Positions 37,483 to 49,354 of a stretch of DNA of 64,000 nucleotides are shown in pieces. Under the pieces are notes generated by a model. It saw nothing but the letters and a program-made list of their open reading frames with translations, had not been told where the DNA came from and ran no database searches. This DNA is from Candidatus Scalinduaceae bacterium (GTDB lineage Bacteria; Planctomycetota; Brocadiia; Brocadiales; Scalinduaceae), in contig JBHICG010000001.1 of the NCBI GenBank assembly GCA_046759445.1, positions 1 through 64,000 on the forward strand, given 5' to 3'. The translations under genes were made by a program, and so were the position numbers. Position 1 is the stretch's first letter. Each line of letters begins with the position of its first letter.

Positions 37483-39606
37483 TTACCCTATTGCATATGA
37501 AAGTTTATTGTTTTGAGGTAATAGTGTTTTTATACTCTTTTTTCTTAAATCATAAAACTTAGACCTTAATTCAGAACCACCCATATATGGATCTTTCTTC
37601 TCAAATTCATCAACAAGTTCTCTTACTCTTCCATAGTCTCCCCTCTCAAAATACTCCTCAAGAATCTTATAAATTTCATGCCACCACAAACGATTATCTG
37701 TTAATAAATTCTCAATCCATGATGAAAAAAAGTTTAGGAGTTTATCATGTTGTTTTGCCTCTCTCAGACAATGTACAAGTTCATGTTTTATCTCCATATC
37801 ATTTTCAAAATGTACAACAAGTCCTTCATATATTAAAATCGCCTTCTGGCAATTATCAAGTAAGAAATATGACTTTGCCAACTTTAATTTACTTTGCCAC
37901 AATGCATGACTATATTCCAGTGTATTTTCAAAATTATCAATTTGTTTTTTTAATATTTCTATAGCCCTTTCATAATCCTTTCCTACATAAAAGGCATTAG
38001 CAATATTGTTAAGCGCTTCAAATTTCTTACAATCAATAGATAATAGTTCGTTCGCAGCTACTTCTGTCACTCTACTATCTCTATCCTTAAGTAGCTTGAT
38101 CAAGGGTTCTACTGCACTCTCATCACCTATCTGACCCAAAGCCGTTGCCGCGGATTCACGAACACGAGCACTTTCATCGGACAGCAATGTTATCAGAGGG
38201 GAAACTGGCCTTTTAACACCTATTTTACCAAGACTATCAGCCGCATACCATCTGACCCTTTCTTCTGAATCCCCTAGGGAATTAATCAAAGGATCAATTG
38301 CTCTTCTATCCTGAATCTTGCCAAGAGCAACAATTACAGATTCTTTTACCCTTGAATCTTCATTTGAAAGTAAGTTAATCAATGGTTCTACTGCCTCATT
38401 AGCTCCTATCTCTCCAAGTGATTCTGCTGCTATACACACCACACTTTTTTTACTATCATTTAAAGCTGATAGTAAAGGAACTACCGCCTCTTGCTTGCCT
38501 AATTTACCCAAAGCATTTGCTGTAGCTTCCCTAACCTTCACCTCTTTATCATGTAACGCTAATATTAAAGATTCTAATCCTGACACATCACCAATTTCTC
38601 CAAGTGTTTTTGCCGCAAGTACACGTATTTCTGTATTATCATCTGAAATTAAATCAACAAAAATTTTGACCACCTCAGTTTCTCTATGTTTTGCCAGTTC
38701 TCCAGCAGCAAAAATCCTTACCTCATCATATTCGCTCTTTATTGCATCAAGCAACTGTTTAATATCACCTTTCTCTTTCCTCGTTTTTAAAATCGTTATA
38801 GTCTTTCGAGCAATTTCATCACTTAACATGTTGTTCTGTTCTTTAAGTTTCCTTAAGTCTTCCTCCAACTCATCAACTATATCTTCTAACCATTGTTCCC
38901 TCGTTTTAACTTTATTTCTATCCCACCACTCTTGCCAAAAAGCTGTAGTATTACCATCAGACTGTTTCGTAACCTCTACTAATGCATTCTGGGCTGCAAT
39001 TCTTAGCTCTTCACTGTCAGAATCTAACAAACTAATTAGTGGTTCCACAGCTTCACGTGAACGAGTTTTTGCTAAAGCGCTTGCAATAAGGATACGAGAG
39101 TTAATGGGATCTTTAGCATTTAAAAGTACTGCGATCATCGTTTCTATCGCCGCATTTGTCCTTATATTTCCCAACGCATTAGCAGAAGCGATTTGTATGG
39201 ATTCATTTTCACTTGCAAGTAATTCAATCATACAATCTATTGCTTTATCGTCTTCCGCAAAATCAAATGCCTTAATTAGAGAAATACGCACATCGTCATT
39301 TTCCGAATTTCTGAGAATATAAATAAGTGAGTCATAGATAACGGGTTGGTTAAGCCCTAATAAAGAAATGATAGCTGAGCTGCGTATTTCGGGGTCTTCT
39401 GAATATAATAGTTTCATCCACTCATCAATCTTTATTCTAAACTCAGACGATATTTCTTGAGAGATTCTACTATTAGCTTTAATGTCTTCGGCGCTAACGT
39501 CTTTATTTTCAAATGATACTAAGCCATAAGAAAATATATTTATTAAAACTAAAAAAGAAAAATAGGGTCTTTTCATCCAATTTATACGTTGAGGAATAAA
39601 AAACAA
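37483..39606 (-). CDS. HEAT-repeat (PBS lyase-like) protein
   Basis: Many VRxxAAxALGxIG repeats. Confidence 0.9.
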   Translation of the reverse strand: MFFIPQRINWMKRPYFSFLVLINIFSYGLVSFENKDVSAEDIKANSRISQEISSEFRIKIDEWMKLLYSEDPEIRSSAIISLLGLNQPVIYDSLIYILRNSENDDVRISLIKAFDFAEDDKAIDCMIELLASENESIQIASANALGNIRTNAAIETMIAVLLNAKDPINSRILIASALAKTRSREAVEPLISLLDSDSEELRIAAQNALVEVTKQSDGNTTAFWQEWWDRNKVKTREQWLEDIVDELEEDLRKLKEQNNMLSDEIARKTITILKTRKEKGDIKQLLDAIKSEYDEVRIFAAGELAKHRETEVVKIFVDLISDDNTEIRVLAAKTLGEIGDVSGLESLILALHDKEVKVREATANALGKLGKQEAVVPLLSALNDSKKSVVCIAAESLGEIGANEAVEPLINLLSNEDSRVKESVIVALGKIQDRRAIDPLINSLGDSEERVRWYAADSLGKIGVKRPVSPLITLLSDESARVRESAATALGQIGDESAVEPLIKLLKDRDSRVTEVAANELLSIDCKKFEALNNIANAFYVGKDYERAIEILKKQIDNFENTLEYSHALWQSKLKLAKSYFLLDNCQKAILIYEGLVVHFENDMEIKHELVHCLREAKQHDKLLNFFSSWIENLLTDNRLWWHEIYKILEEYFERGDYGRVRELVDEFEKKDPYMGGSELRSKFYDLRKKSIKTLLPQNNKLSYAIG

Positions 39607-39808
39607 ATAATGCTAAACACTTCAAAAAAATTTAAATGTAAACATATGCCACAATTATTCTTTATTAAAAATCCATACTATCAAAACTTCTTTTTAGCGT
39701 CAATATAAAACAATCTGGAAAGATTGACTTGAACATTTTTATCAAACTTGTTAGTATGATGGTTTTAAATAAAATAGACAAAACTATCCCCTATAAATCT
39801 TCAAAAAT

Positions 39809-40468
39809 ATGAAGATAATTTCTTTTGGTGATATACATGAGGATATCACCAAACTAATACTTTTGAAGAATGAGCTGGAAGATGCGGACCTTATAATAAT
39901 CTCTGGTGACTTAACCAACTATAATGGCAAAAAAAAAGCTGAAAAAATAATAGAAGAGGTAATGAAATACAACAACAGCGTTTTGGCTCAGCTTGGGAAT
40001 TTAGATAAGTTTGAAGTTAATGATTATTTAAACGAAAAAGGTATTAACCTTCACAGAAATGGATACATAAAAGATGACATAGGAATCTTCGGAGTTGGTG
40101 GATCAAACCCAACACCATTTGGAACACCTACTGAATTTAGTGAAAGTGAAATTGGAAATTTCTTACTTGAAGGCTTTGAAAAGGTTAGAGAAGCTAAATT
40201 TAAAATAATGGTACCTCACATGCCGCCAAATTGCACAAAGGTTGATGTAATTAGAAATGGAGCGCATGTAGGTAGTAAAAGTGTCCGTGATTTCATAATA
40301 AAATATAAACCTGATATCTCATTAAGTGGTCATATACATGAAGCAAGAGGAACAGACAAAATAGGAAGTACATTAATCTTCAATGCTGGCATGTTTCAAG
40401 AAGGAGGTTATATAAAGATTGTTAAACAAACAGATAATCTGACTGCTGAATTGAAGATGCTAATTTAA
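39809..40468 (+). CDS. Calcineurin-like metallophosphoesterase
   Basis: GDIH, SGDLT, GNLD and GHIHE motifs. Confidence 0.92.
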   Translation: MKIISFGDIHEDITKLILLKNELEDADLIIISGDLTNYNGKKKAEKIIEEVMKYNNSVLAQLGNLDKFEVNDYLNEKGINLHRNGYIKDDIGIFGVGGSNPTPFGTPTEFSESEIGNFLLEGFEKVREAKFKIMVPHMPPNCTKVDVIRNGAHVGSKSVRDFIIKYKPDISLSGHIHEARGTDKIGSTLIFNAGMFQEGGYIKIVKQTDNLTAELKMLI

Positions 40469-40734
40469 CAAAGATAAAAGCAGGATATGGAGGTTCCCTG
40501 AAATCTATGCAATGCTAAAGACAATTGATGCTTCGAAAGGTAAACTCTTAAAGTATTGCCAGAGTACAGATCCAAATACTAACTATACAGTAACATTTAC
40601 CAGCAAGGCATTCTATTATTAGAGCAGTATCTGTAAATCCTATTAAAGACCATATGAATTTATGCATCCTATTTTACAATTGAATGCTAGCTTAAATGGC
40701 TATAAATCTTTTCAATTTATACGTTGGAGTTTGA

Positions 40735-41562
40735 ATGATGAGCTGTAGATACTTCTCAAAGGTTTTTCTTCTAATACTCTCTGTTCTCTTTATCAATAGT
40801 TGTTCAAGTTTTCATAATTCTGTCAAGGAAGTCCCATTTAAAGTTGCAAAAGAGGGTCAAGATATTATCAGTGCCAGAATTAAGAGACCAAATGAATATA
40901 TTATTGCGTCTGGTGATACCATAAACATATCCGTCCATAACCATCCTGAATTAACTCAAAACAAGATAACAATCCCTCCATCAGGAAAGATTACGTACCC
41001 TTTTATTGGCAATTTGCAGGCTGGTGGTTTAAGCATATTCCAGTTGAGAGATAAAATTAAGAGTGAGTTGACAAAAGGATATATACCGAACCCTGAGGTT
41101 TCTGTGAATATTGATAATATGATTAGCAGAAAGGTCTTCGTACTTGGAGAGGTGAAAAATCCAAAGATGTTGTATATTAAGGGCGAAATGGACGCAATCG
41201 AGGCCATATCCCAGACCGGTGGATTTGCGCGTACTGCAGGAAAATCAGTTGTCTTTCTTATACGACATTTAGAAGACAATAAGAGAATAATGGATGTCCT
41301 GGATTTGAAGGGTTTTTTTAAATCCAAGGATTTTGCACAGAATGTGACGTTACAAAGGGGTGATATATTATATGTCCCACCAAGTCGCATGGCCAGCGTA
41401 AGTCAATTTATGTCACATATTTCTTCTATCATCGCTCCTATTTCTCCTAACTTTTTTGATGCAGTTGTACTGACTCCAAACGTCTTAGACGTTTTTAATG
41501 TTGGCGGTAGGGAGGGACCTGGTGCTGGAATTCCTATTGTCCAATCAGTTGGTGGTGATTAA
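40735..41562 (+). CDS. Polysaccharide export lipoprotein (Wza/OPX family)
   Basis: YIIASGDTINI...G.ITYPFIG, VFVLGEVKNP, SLBB-like domain. Confidence 0.9.
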   Translation: MMSCRYFSKVFLLILSVLFINSCSSFHNSVKEVPFKVAKEGQDIISARIKRPNEYIIASGDTINISVHNHPELTQNKITIPPSGKITYPFIGNLQAGGLSIFQLRDKIKSELTKGYIPNPEVSVNIDNMISRKVFVLGEVKNPKMLYIKGEMDAIEAISQTGGFARTAGKSVVFLIRHLEDNKRIMDVLDLKGFFKSKDFAQNVTLQRGDILYVPPSRMASVSQFMSHISSIIAPISPNFFDAVVLTPNVLDVFNVGGREGPGAGIPIVQSVGGD

Positions 41563-41613
41563 TCATACATCCCTAAATTTTATATATAACTTGTTTTCTT
41601 AAAAAGCTACTAA

Positions 41614-43887
41614 ATGGAACTAAGAGAGTATCTACGAATAATTTTAACCCATAGAAAGTTAATTATATCCTTGACTCTTGTCACAACAATAGTCGCTACT
41701 CTAGGTGGTTTTACAAAAACTTCGGTATACGAGGCAACGACTACAATCCTGATTAAATCAGCCCTTTCACAGCCACAATTTGCAGTCCCAGGTTTAGGAT
41801 TTACTACTGAACAAAATATCCAAACAAAGGGAGAAACATTAGGCATGATATTAAAGAGCAAGGCCGTCGCGGAAAAGGTTGTAGACATTCTGGAATTAGA
41901 TAAAAGCCTGGGCAAAAAAAAAATACAAAAGGAACCGCCCAGGATTATTTCTATTATTAAGGGGATAATTTCTGTTCCTCGGAACCTTATTGGATTTTTA
42001 AAATATGGGAAAGTAAAAAAGCAAAAAACAGACCCTAGATTGGGTTTAATACAAAGCATACAGGGTTCCATCTCGACTGAACTGTTGCCCAAAACTTCAG
42101 TGATTAAAGCCTCGGTTGTTTCAGGCGATCCTAAATTGGCCGCTGACATTGCAGATACCGCAGCTAAAGTCTTTGTAGACCACATTAAAGAGATGAACTC
42201 GACGGAAGCCAGAGTTGCAAAGGAATTCATTGCTGAACGGATAGTGGGAGCAGAAGAATATCTCGAAAATACTCAGGATGCTTTACGGCAATTCATTAAG
42301 GAAGAAGGGGTTGCAGACCCTGAAAGTGAAATGCCTCCGATATGGCAGGCACTCGTTAATTTTAAGAGTGATTTAAAGAGAACAGAAGCAGAGATTGAAC
42401 AAACCAGGATAAATTATAATGAAATTAGCCAAAAATTATCAAAACACGATAAGACCCTTAAAAAGTCAGCTACCACAATTATTAATCCATTAGTTCAAGA
42501 GTTAAAGGCAAAGTTAGCAAATTTAGAGACAAAACGTTCAAACTTCTCTGTAGACTATGGCCCACTACACCCCAAGATTTTATCTTTAGAGAAAGAAATC
42601 AAGAAAACCAAGTTTAATTTAGAGTCAGAGGTGAAAAGGGTTGTACAGAGTGAATTGACTGAGGTAAACCCTATTTATCAGGAACTGCTCTCGAATTTGG
42701 TATTTAAAGAAATAGATATATCCGTTCTCCAGGAGAAAAAGAAAGCCTTTGTCAAAATTATAAAAGGTTTCCCGTCAGAGCTCAGGATATCAGCCGAGAA
42801 AACAATTAAATGGGAATCATTATCCAGCTCAATAGCTTTTGCTCAAAAGAACCTGGATTCACTAAAGGAGCAGTTGGAGAAAGCGCGTATAACAGAAGCC
42901 CAAAAGCTAAGTGAAATGAAAGTGATTGATACTGCCATACCCCCTTTATTACCCAAAGGGCTCCCTAAGATTGGGTATACTATTCTGGGCCTTTTAGTGG
43001 GTTTGATGGGTGGCATCGGGTTGGCTTTTCTTCTGGAGTATATAGATGATTCTATAAAAACCATTGAGATGATAGAAGATGAATTAAAGCTTCCCGTTTA
43101 TGGAGTTATTCCTGAGATTAAATTACAAGCAAAAAGAAAAAAGAAAAGAAGAAGAGACATTACAGAATCTTATGAGATATCTATGCTGGAAGAAAGATTG
43201 GTGACTCATACAGACCCAAGATCTCCAATAGCAGAGGCATATCGTTCCTTTAGAACGAATATCCAGTTTGCCGATATCTCCGAAAAAACAAAGATTTTAC
43301 TTGTTACAAGCTCCCTTAAAGCCGAAGGAAAGACAACTACCGTAGCAAATCTGGCTATAACTATGGCTCAATTGGGGAATAGAATCATCTTGATCGATGG
43401 AGACTTGAGAAATCCCATGATTCATTCAATCTTTGGCAAACAAAAAGAGCCTGGTTTAACTAATTTAATCGGGGGATTTACCAACTTAGACAAAATTATT
43501 ACAGCCTCAGGGATTGAAAATCTGGATATTATCCCTTCAGGTCCCATACCCCCCAACCCATCAGAATTACTCAGTTCTAAAGGATTAAGCGAGTTGATTG
43601 ACAATATTAAAGCAAATTATGATTTCATACTTTTTGATTCACCACCAATCATTGCGGTTACCGATGCAGTTATATTAAGCTCAAAGGTCCATGGGGTTTT
43701 TCTGGTAGTTAAGCAAGGTAAGACCAGCAAACATATCTGTTTGCGAGCAAAAATACTCCTTGAAAAAGCAAATGCAAATCTACTTGGTTCGGTCTTAAAT
43801 AATGTGAAGGTTGAAAGCAGATATGGGTATGAATATTATTATCAATATTATTATGGGGAGAAAAAGAAGAGCCAAAAAAGTGTATAA
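41614..43887 (+). CDS. Polysaccharide co-polymerase / BY-kinase (Wzc family)
   Basis: Two TM helices, EAYRSFRTN, AEGKTT, DSPP and Tyr-rich tail. Confidence 0.93.
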   Translation: MELREYLRIILTHRKLIISLTLVTTIVATLGGFTKTSVYEATTTILIKSALSQPQFAVPGLGFTTEQNIQTKGETLGMILKSKAVAEKVVDILELDKSLGKKKIQKEPPRIISIIKGIISVPRNLIGFLKYGKVKKQKTDPRLGLIQSIQGSISTELLPKTSVIKASVVSGDPKLAADIADTAAKVFVDHIKEMNSTEARVAKEFIAERIVGAEEYLENTQDALRQFIKEEGVADPESEMPPIWQALVNFKSDLKRTEAEIEQTRINYNEISQKLSKHDKTLKKSATTIINPLVQELKAKLANLETKRSNFSVDYGPLHPKILSLEKEIKKTKFNLESEVKRVVQSELTEVNPIYQELLSNLVFKEIDISVLQEKKKAFVKIIKGFPSELRISAEKTIKWESLSSSIAFAQKNLDSLKEQLEKARITEAQKLSEMKVIDTAIPPLLPKGLPKIGYTILGLLVGLMGGIGLAFLLEYIDDSIKTIEMIEDELKLPVYGVIPEIKLQAKRKKKRRRDITESYEISMLEERLVTHTDPRSPIAEAYRSFRTNIQFADISEKTKILLVTSSLKAEGKTTTVANLAITMAQLGNRIILIDGDLRNPMIHSIFGKQKEPGLTNLIGGFTNLDKIITASGIENLDIIPSGPIPPNPSELLSSKGLSELIDNIKANYDFILFDSPPIIAVTDAVILSSKVHGVFLVVKQGKTSKHICLRAKILLEKANANLLGSVLNNVKVESRYGYEYYYQYYYGEKKKSQKSV

Positions 43888-44218
43888 AAAACAAATACCT
43901 GGACAGGGGAAGATCCTTAGAAATACCAGTTCGTACCATCTCCATAGCAGGTGGCCTGCTTAGCCCTAAAAGGGTATTTTATTTGCCCTCCGTTTGGGGA
44001 ATACGCAGAAACTTATTTTTTTCAGGAATGATTAAGATTCGCTTCCCTAAAGAGATTACTCAAATCTGACTCATTTATTTCCTGATCTTGTTTATTTTTC
44101 TGTATTTTTCGCTTCGTCGAAGCCCACTGTACTCACATAATATTCTTTTGCCTATAGGGGGATATCTCAGAAATTCTAATCCAATAGACTGTAAATTTCA
44201 AACACTATCACTACACTC

Positions 44219-45010
44219 TTGCCTTTTAACAAAGATTCAAGGGGGCTGAAAAGGAGATATGAAGCCATTAGAACATCTCAAGAAAATGAAACTATATATC
44301 TATCTATTGTTATTCCTGCCTTTAATGAAGAGGAACGGATTAACAAAACTATTTCAAAAATAGAATCATATCTAAAAACGCAAAACTACTCCTATGAGAT
44401 TATCGTTGTAGATGATGGAAGTAAAGATAATACAGCGACCATAATAAGGGATTCTGCAGATTATAATCATAATGTTTACCTTTTGCAGAACAAGGAAAAT
44501 AAAGGCAAGGGGTATTCAGTAAAAAGAGGTATGCTGAAAGCGCGGGGGGAATATATTCTTTTCTCTGATGCAGATCTTTCAACCCCTATCAAAGAAGTTG
44601 AAAAACTCTTTCCTTTGTTTAATAGGGATTATGATATAGTTATTGGGTCAAGGGGGTTAACAGAATCAAATATTGTAGTACATCAACCTTTTTACAGGGA
44701 GAATATGGGACGTATTTTCAGTAACTTAGTTCAACTTTTGACCGTAAAGGGGATAAAGGATACTCAGTGTGGATTTAAATGTTTCCGTGGAGACGTAGCT
44801 CGTGATATTTTCAATAGACAGACCATGAGTGGATTTTGTTTTGATGTTGAGGTCTTATACATTGCCTCTAAATCTGGTTATAGAATCAAAGAAGTACCAA
44901 TTATTTGGTATAATTCCCCGAAGTCTAAAGTTAATCCTCTAACAGATCCTCTTAAAATGCTCCTTGATTTATTAAGGATAAGATTTAATTCTTTTAAACA
45001 TATTTATTAA
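44219..45010 (+). CDS. GT2 glycosyltransferase (dolichyl-phosphate glucosyltransferase-like)
   Basis: SIVIPAFNEE, VDDGS, FSDADLS and DTQCGFK; start uncertain. Confidence 0.92.
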   Translation: MPFNKDSRGLKRRYEAIRTSQENETIYLSIVIPAFNEEERINKTISKIESYLKTQNYSYEIIVVDDGSKDNTATIIRDSADYNHNVYLLQNKENKGKGYSVKRGMLKARGEYILFSDADLSTPIKEVEKLFPLFNRDYDIVIGSRGLTESNIVVHQPFYRENMGRIFSNLVQLLTVKGIKDTQCGFKCFRGDVARDIFNRQTMSGFCFDVEVLYIASKSGYRIKEVPIIWYNSPKSKVNPLTDPLKMLLDLLRIRFNSFKHIY

Positions 45011-45035
45011 ATTCCTTCAAGGATGGACAGGTAAT

Positions 45036-46409
45036 ATGCTTGCTAAAAGAGAGTCAAGATATCACTTTGTAGGGCTGGGTGGTATTGGTATGAGCGCACT
45101 AGCCCAGATTATCAAGGCTCAAGGGCATTTTGTAAGTGGATCAGATAGAGGATATGACAATAATCAAACACCAGAAATATTCAGCAAGCTGGAATCACAA
45201 GGAATTAGGCTTTGTCCTCAAGATGGTTCGGGTATTTACAACTCAACAGAATACGTCGTTACTTCCAGTGCAATAGAAGAGGATAATCCTGATTGGAAAA
45301 TGGCGAGGCTACATAATGTTAAAACTATCAAAAGATCAGAATTGCTTGGCAGTTTATTTAACCATAAACATGGAATTGCAATTGGTGGAAGCAATGGCAA
45401 AACAACAGTATTCGGAATGATATCATGGATTCTTAATACAGCTGGCCGTGATCCCACAATAATTGGAGGCGGATATATTAAAAATTTTATCACAGACCGG
45501 TTTTTAGGCAATGCCAGGCTTGGAGCTTCAGATACAGTCGTAATTGAGGCAGATGAGAGCGATGGTAGCCTTGTTAATTATGTGCCTAAGGTTTCGGTTA
45601 TTACGGACATATCTAAGGACCACAAAACAATTGATGAGTTGCAAAGTTTATTCAGTAAGTTTGCCCAAAACACCTCAGACACAGTAATAGTAAATGGGGG
45701 GTGTATTCGTTTCATAAAAATTAATGGCAAACCTAAAACCATTATCAGATATGGGGAAGGCAATGAAGCGGATATCAGAGTTTCTCAAATTTCCTGTAAT
45801 CCTTTTGGCTCAAGGTTCGAAATAAACGGAAGCAAATTTGAGATCAATATTCCAGGCACATATAATGTCTTTAACGCACTTGCAGCTATAGCTGCAGCGC
45901 AAACGGAGGAAATTCCTGATGATGAAATAAAAAGGGCTTTGAGTACATTTAAAGGTATTAGAAGGCGCATGGAAACTGTAGGTGAAAAGAATGGAATAAA
46001 AGTAATAGACGATTATGCTCATAACCCAAAGAAGATACAAGCGTCAATTGATGCAGCAAGAATGAATAACGTAAGATTAATAGTAATATTTCAACCGCAC
46101 GGTTATGGTCCAACAAGGTTTCTGAGGGAGGGTTTTGTATCTACTTTTGCCAAAAATCTTTTACCTTCTGATATTTTGTTTATGCCGGAGATTTTCTATG
46201 CAGGTGGTACAGCAAACAAAATAATATCATCACAAGAAATTGTTAATGATTTGAAAGATAGGGGCATCAATGCTTTCTTTGTTCCAGAAAGAAAGGATAT
46301 CATTAACGAAGTTAAGCGGGAAGCCAATCCTGGTGATAGCATATTAGTTATGGGCGCAAGAGATGATTCATTAACTAATTTATGTAATGCAATACTAAAT
46401 AGTTTATAG
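45036..46409 (+). CDS. murC: UDP-N-acetylmuramate--L-alanine ligase
   Basis: GLGGIGMSALA, GSNGKTT, EADESDG, DDYAHNP and FQPH. Confidence 0.9.
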   Translation: MLAKRESRYHFVGLGGIGMSALAQIIKAQGHFVSGSDRGYDNNQTPEIFSKLESQGIRLCPQDGSGIYNSTEYVVTSSAIEEDNPDWKMARLHNVKTIKRSELLGSLFNHKHGIAIGGSNGKTTVFGMISWILNTAGRDPTIIGGGYIKNFITDRFLGNARLGASDTVVIEADESDGSLVNYVPKVSVITDISKDHKTIDELQSLFSKFAQNTSDTVIVNGGCIRFIKINGKPKTIIRYGEGNEADIRVSQISCNPFGSRFEINGSKFEINIPGTYNVFNALAAIAAAQTEEIPDDEIKRALSTFKGIRRRMETVGEKNGIKVIDDYAHNPKKIQASIDAARMNNVRLIVIFQPHGYGPTRFLREGFVSTFAKNLLPSDILFMPEIFYAGGTANKIISSQEIVNDLKDRGINAFFVPERKDIINEVKREANPGDSILVMGARDDSLTNLCNAILNSL

Positions 46410-46488
46410 AAATGGCTTACTTAAATCTTAACCTTCAATCCCTGAGCCATCTTTATCTCCTTACTATAGTTAGAGCGTTATTTAAAGA

Positions 46489-47082
46489 TTATTTCATTTT
46501 TGCAAGTTCAAAGACAAACTTAAATCTTTCCCCTTCAGGAGAAGTAACCAATAAGGTTGCTTCTGAATTTGGGTCTATATCTTTTATAGGAAATTTATAC
46601 ACACATCCTGCTACATATAGTGGTGAATCAGGATAAAAAGCGCTAGGTTCAGCATGATCTGGAAGATACGCGTAGACAGGATATATAGTTTTATCTTTGG
46701 AATAAAGAATCGCGTTATAACCTCTGGCAAATTCCATATAATCACCAAAGACCGATACCGTAAATGTCATACTTTCCTTTATACGTAATGCCCTTAATAT
46801 TTCACCTTGAGACAATTCCCTCCTCTCAATGGCGGCTTTCCTTGCTTTAAAAGCAACATTATGATAAGCAGTATATAAAGTACCCCAACCAGTTTTTTCC
46901 CCAAGATAAACAACCCAGGGTTTTATGAATTCTTTTAAGCTTGTTCTTCTATTCTTTTTCCCATATTCTATTGCCTCATTCATCTGGCTGCTCGTCAAAT
47001 TGAAAGACATACAATAGGTTGTTTTACCAATCAAAGTAACAATAGCACAAAATGTTAAGGCAATTATTGCTTTTTTACTCAT
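46489..47082 (-). CDS. Exported hypothetical protein
   Basis: Signal peptide; co-oriented operon. Confidence 0.8.
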   Translation of the reverse strand: MSKKAIIALTFCAIVTLIGKTTYCMSFNLTSSQMNEAIEYGKKNRRTSLKEFIKPWVVYLGEKTGWGTLYTAYHNVAFKARKAAIERRELSQGEILRALRIKESMTFTVSVFGDYMEFARGYNAILYSKDKTIYPVYAYLPDHAEPSAFYPDSPLYVAGCVYKFPIKDIDPNSEATLLVTSPEGERFKFVFELAKMK

Positions 47083-47097
47083 TCATTTCCCTCCACC

Positions 47098-47832
47098 CTA
47101 AAACCCTTTTTCCTTTTTTACTTCTTCGTAAGCCTTATTGATTATTTGGAACTTATCGTTGGCTAATTTAACAAATTCATCTCCCAAATGAGAAACTCTG
47201 TCGGGATGGTATTTTTTGGAGAGACTTCTATATGCTTTTTTAATATCTTCAATAGATTCATTTCTACTAACACCTAAGTTCTTATAATGTTTATCATGAT
47301 CGACACAAAACTCTCCTCGAATCTCAAATGCATCAACCGCATTAATTTCTAAATATCCTATAACCCTGTTTATCATCCTTTCTTCATTTGGATGCAACAC
47401 CCTATCAGCATATGCTACTAAATATACAATCCTCAATAATGAAAGCCTTTCTTCATAATTAGAATATCGTTTATATTCGTAACATACATCTTGCATATTT
47501 AAGTCTACTCTAGAGGTTTGCTTTATTAAGTTTCTAATAAATATTAGGTTCTCTCCCTTAAAGCCGAAATTTACGAATGACCTTTCTATTATATTGATTT
47601 CATGCGTACTTAAATGTCCATCTGCTTTGGCAATCGATACAAGTATCCCAACCAAGTGTGTTATGAAATTTAAAGATCTGTTGTAATCACTAATTGGTTC
47701 TTCTGTGGTTGATTCGCTCAAAGTAGTTCCGTCAAAGAGGTTGCCGGTTATCGCACCAAGGATTGCACCAAATGGACCTCCAAATAGCCATCCCACACCT
47801 GCACCAATTGCTTTGCCTTTCCATTTTGCCAC
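47098..47832 (-). CDS. djlA: DjlA-like co-chaperone (TerB plus J domain)
   Basis: Gly-rich N-terminal TM, AKADG, HPD motif. Confidence 0.85.
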   Translation of the reverse strand: MAKWKGKAIGAGVGWLFGGPFGAILGAITGNLFDGTTLSESTTEEPISDYNRSLNFITHLVGILVSIAKADGHLSTHEINIIERSFVNFGFKGENLIFIRNLIKQTSRVDLNMQDVCYEYKRYSNYEERLSLLRIVYLVAYADRVLHPNEERMINRVIGYLEINAVDAFEIRGEFCVDHDKHYKNLGVSRNESIEDIKKAYRSLSKKYHPDRVSHLGDEFVKLANDKFQIINKAYEEVKKEKGF

Positions 47833-47846
47833 GATCCAAATCTCCT

Positions 47847-48611
47847 TTATTTTCTTTGGATAAGGGATGATTTTAGTTCTTTTTGTATTTCTTTTTCTTT
47901 GATCCTATCTTGTGCAATTTCTATATTAAATTTTGCTTCAAGTTTGCTGGGATCGAGAGCCAGAACTTCCTCCCATTTTGAAATCGCTTCTTCATATTTT
48001 CCCTGTCTGTAAAACTGGATTGCTTTATCTAACAAGTCTTCGACAAGAGATGTTACTCGTTTCTCTTTAGTTTCTTTTATAAGGCTTTCTCTGCTCTTTT
48101 CCGTGTCGTTCGTTTTCTTTCCGATATTTGTTGTTCTAGCAACACTTGTTTCTACTTTAGTGGGTTTAGAATAAAGAGATTCTAGTTCTTCAAGTTGAGC
48201 TTTAATTTCATTTTTATCCGTTTCTACTAAAACCAGCTTCTGTCTAATTTCTCGAAGCAAATTCCTGGTTTCTAGTAATTCTTTTTGTAAATTGGCATGT
48301 TCATCATTCCTTAATTCTAATGTAGTTTCAATTGATACTTGTTTATTTTCCATTTTTGCATACTCTTTGTTTAGCCGTTCTTTTTCTAATTTTAGTTCAC
48401 TAAACTTCTTCTTAAGTTCACTGTTTTTTGCATTTAAACTTTCCATACTATTGGATAGTACATCAACTTTTTTTTCCAAGATATTGATTCTTTTTTGCTT
48501 GCCAAAAGTAAATCTTTTAAACTGAAACTTAGAACATCCTGCATTAAACAATCCAAGAGCAATTATTACTGTTGTAAATACATGCCAATATTTTAGATGT
48601 TTTTTAATCAT
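47847..48611 (-). CDS. Coiled-coil/TPR lipoprotein
   Basis: Lipobox NAGC; coiled coil; C-terminal TPR. Confidence 0.8.
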   Translation of the reverse strand: MIKKHLKYWHVFTTVIIALGLFNAGCSKFQFKRFTFGKQKRINILEKKVDVLSNSMESLNAKNSELKKKFSELKLEKERLNKEYAKMENKQVSIETTLELRNDEHANLQKELLETRNLLREIRQKLVLVETDKNEIKAQLEELESLYSKPTKVETSVARTTNIGKKTNDTEKSRESLIKETKEKRVTSLVEDLLDKAIQFYRQGKYEEAISKWEEVLALDPSKLEAKFNIEIAQDRIKEKEIQKELKSSLIQRK

Positions 48612-48787
48612 GGATTTTCTCCCCCTTTTGGAGAATTTTTGTTTAAGGTATTATAGGTTATTTTTTTGAGATATTAGAAGAACAGTTAGTGTTTTCAAGT
48701 TAATTGTTTATGTTCCTACACAGTTACTATATTTGTGTTTCTATGATTCTTTTAAAATATATTATGTTTCTTATAACGCCTTTTCTG

Positions 48788-48979
48788 TCAAGTAACTTTT
48801 TTATCAGAATATTTCAAGATTGCTAATTGTGATATAGCCAGTTCCTCAATCTTTCTGGTTTGGTGTAAAATGTGTTCCCAGTCTTTTTTAGTTCCTGTTG
48901 CATAGCCGTCTTTCAAACGTTTATCTAGTTTTTTCAGGTCAAGCTCAAGCAATTTGAGCCTGTTCTTAAGTTCTTCCAT
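48788..48979 (-). CDS. Small hypothetical protein
   Basis: 63-aa helical ORF. Confidence 0.5.
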   Translation of the reverse strand: MEELKNRLKLLELDLKKLDKRLKDGYATGTKKDWEHILHQTRKIEELAISQLAILKYSDKKVT

Positions 48980-49354
48980 TAAACGATTGTCACAGAATTT
49001 TTACAATTTATAGAATTACAAAGTTTTCTTTAGGACATGCTTTTAACATGGAATATTTGTGAAATAGTAGAGAATTTGTGATGATTTTATAGGAATATTT
49101 CTCATTTGTGAGAACTCTTTGTCGAAACCATCCTTAAGACAACTCCCTGCCTTGACTTCCTTTCAGTATTGTGCTGCAATAAGCAGAAATGGACACAATG
49201 TCAGCACTCTTCATTCTATTTGTGAGTGAAACATATTAAGTTCTGTCACAATAAAAAAAGCAACAGGTACGGCAAGTTATTCTACTTAACAGTGAATTAA
49301 TGTCAAATGATTTCTATTCTTGACTTATCCATAGACTAGGGATATAGTTAAGGC

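Noticed and set aside
38318..39322. 334-aa plus-strand ORF
   Set aside because: Antisense shadow of the HEAT-repeat gene. The many other short overlapping ORFs in the track were rejected likewise.
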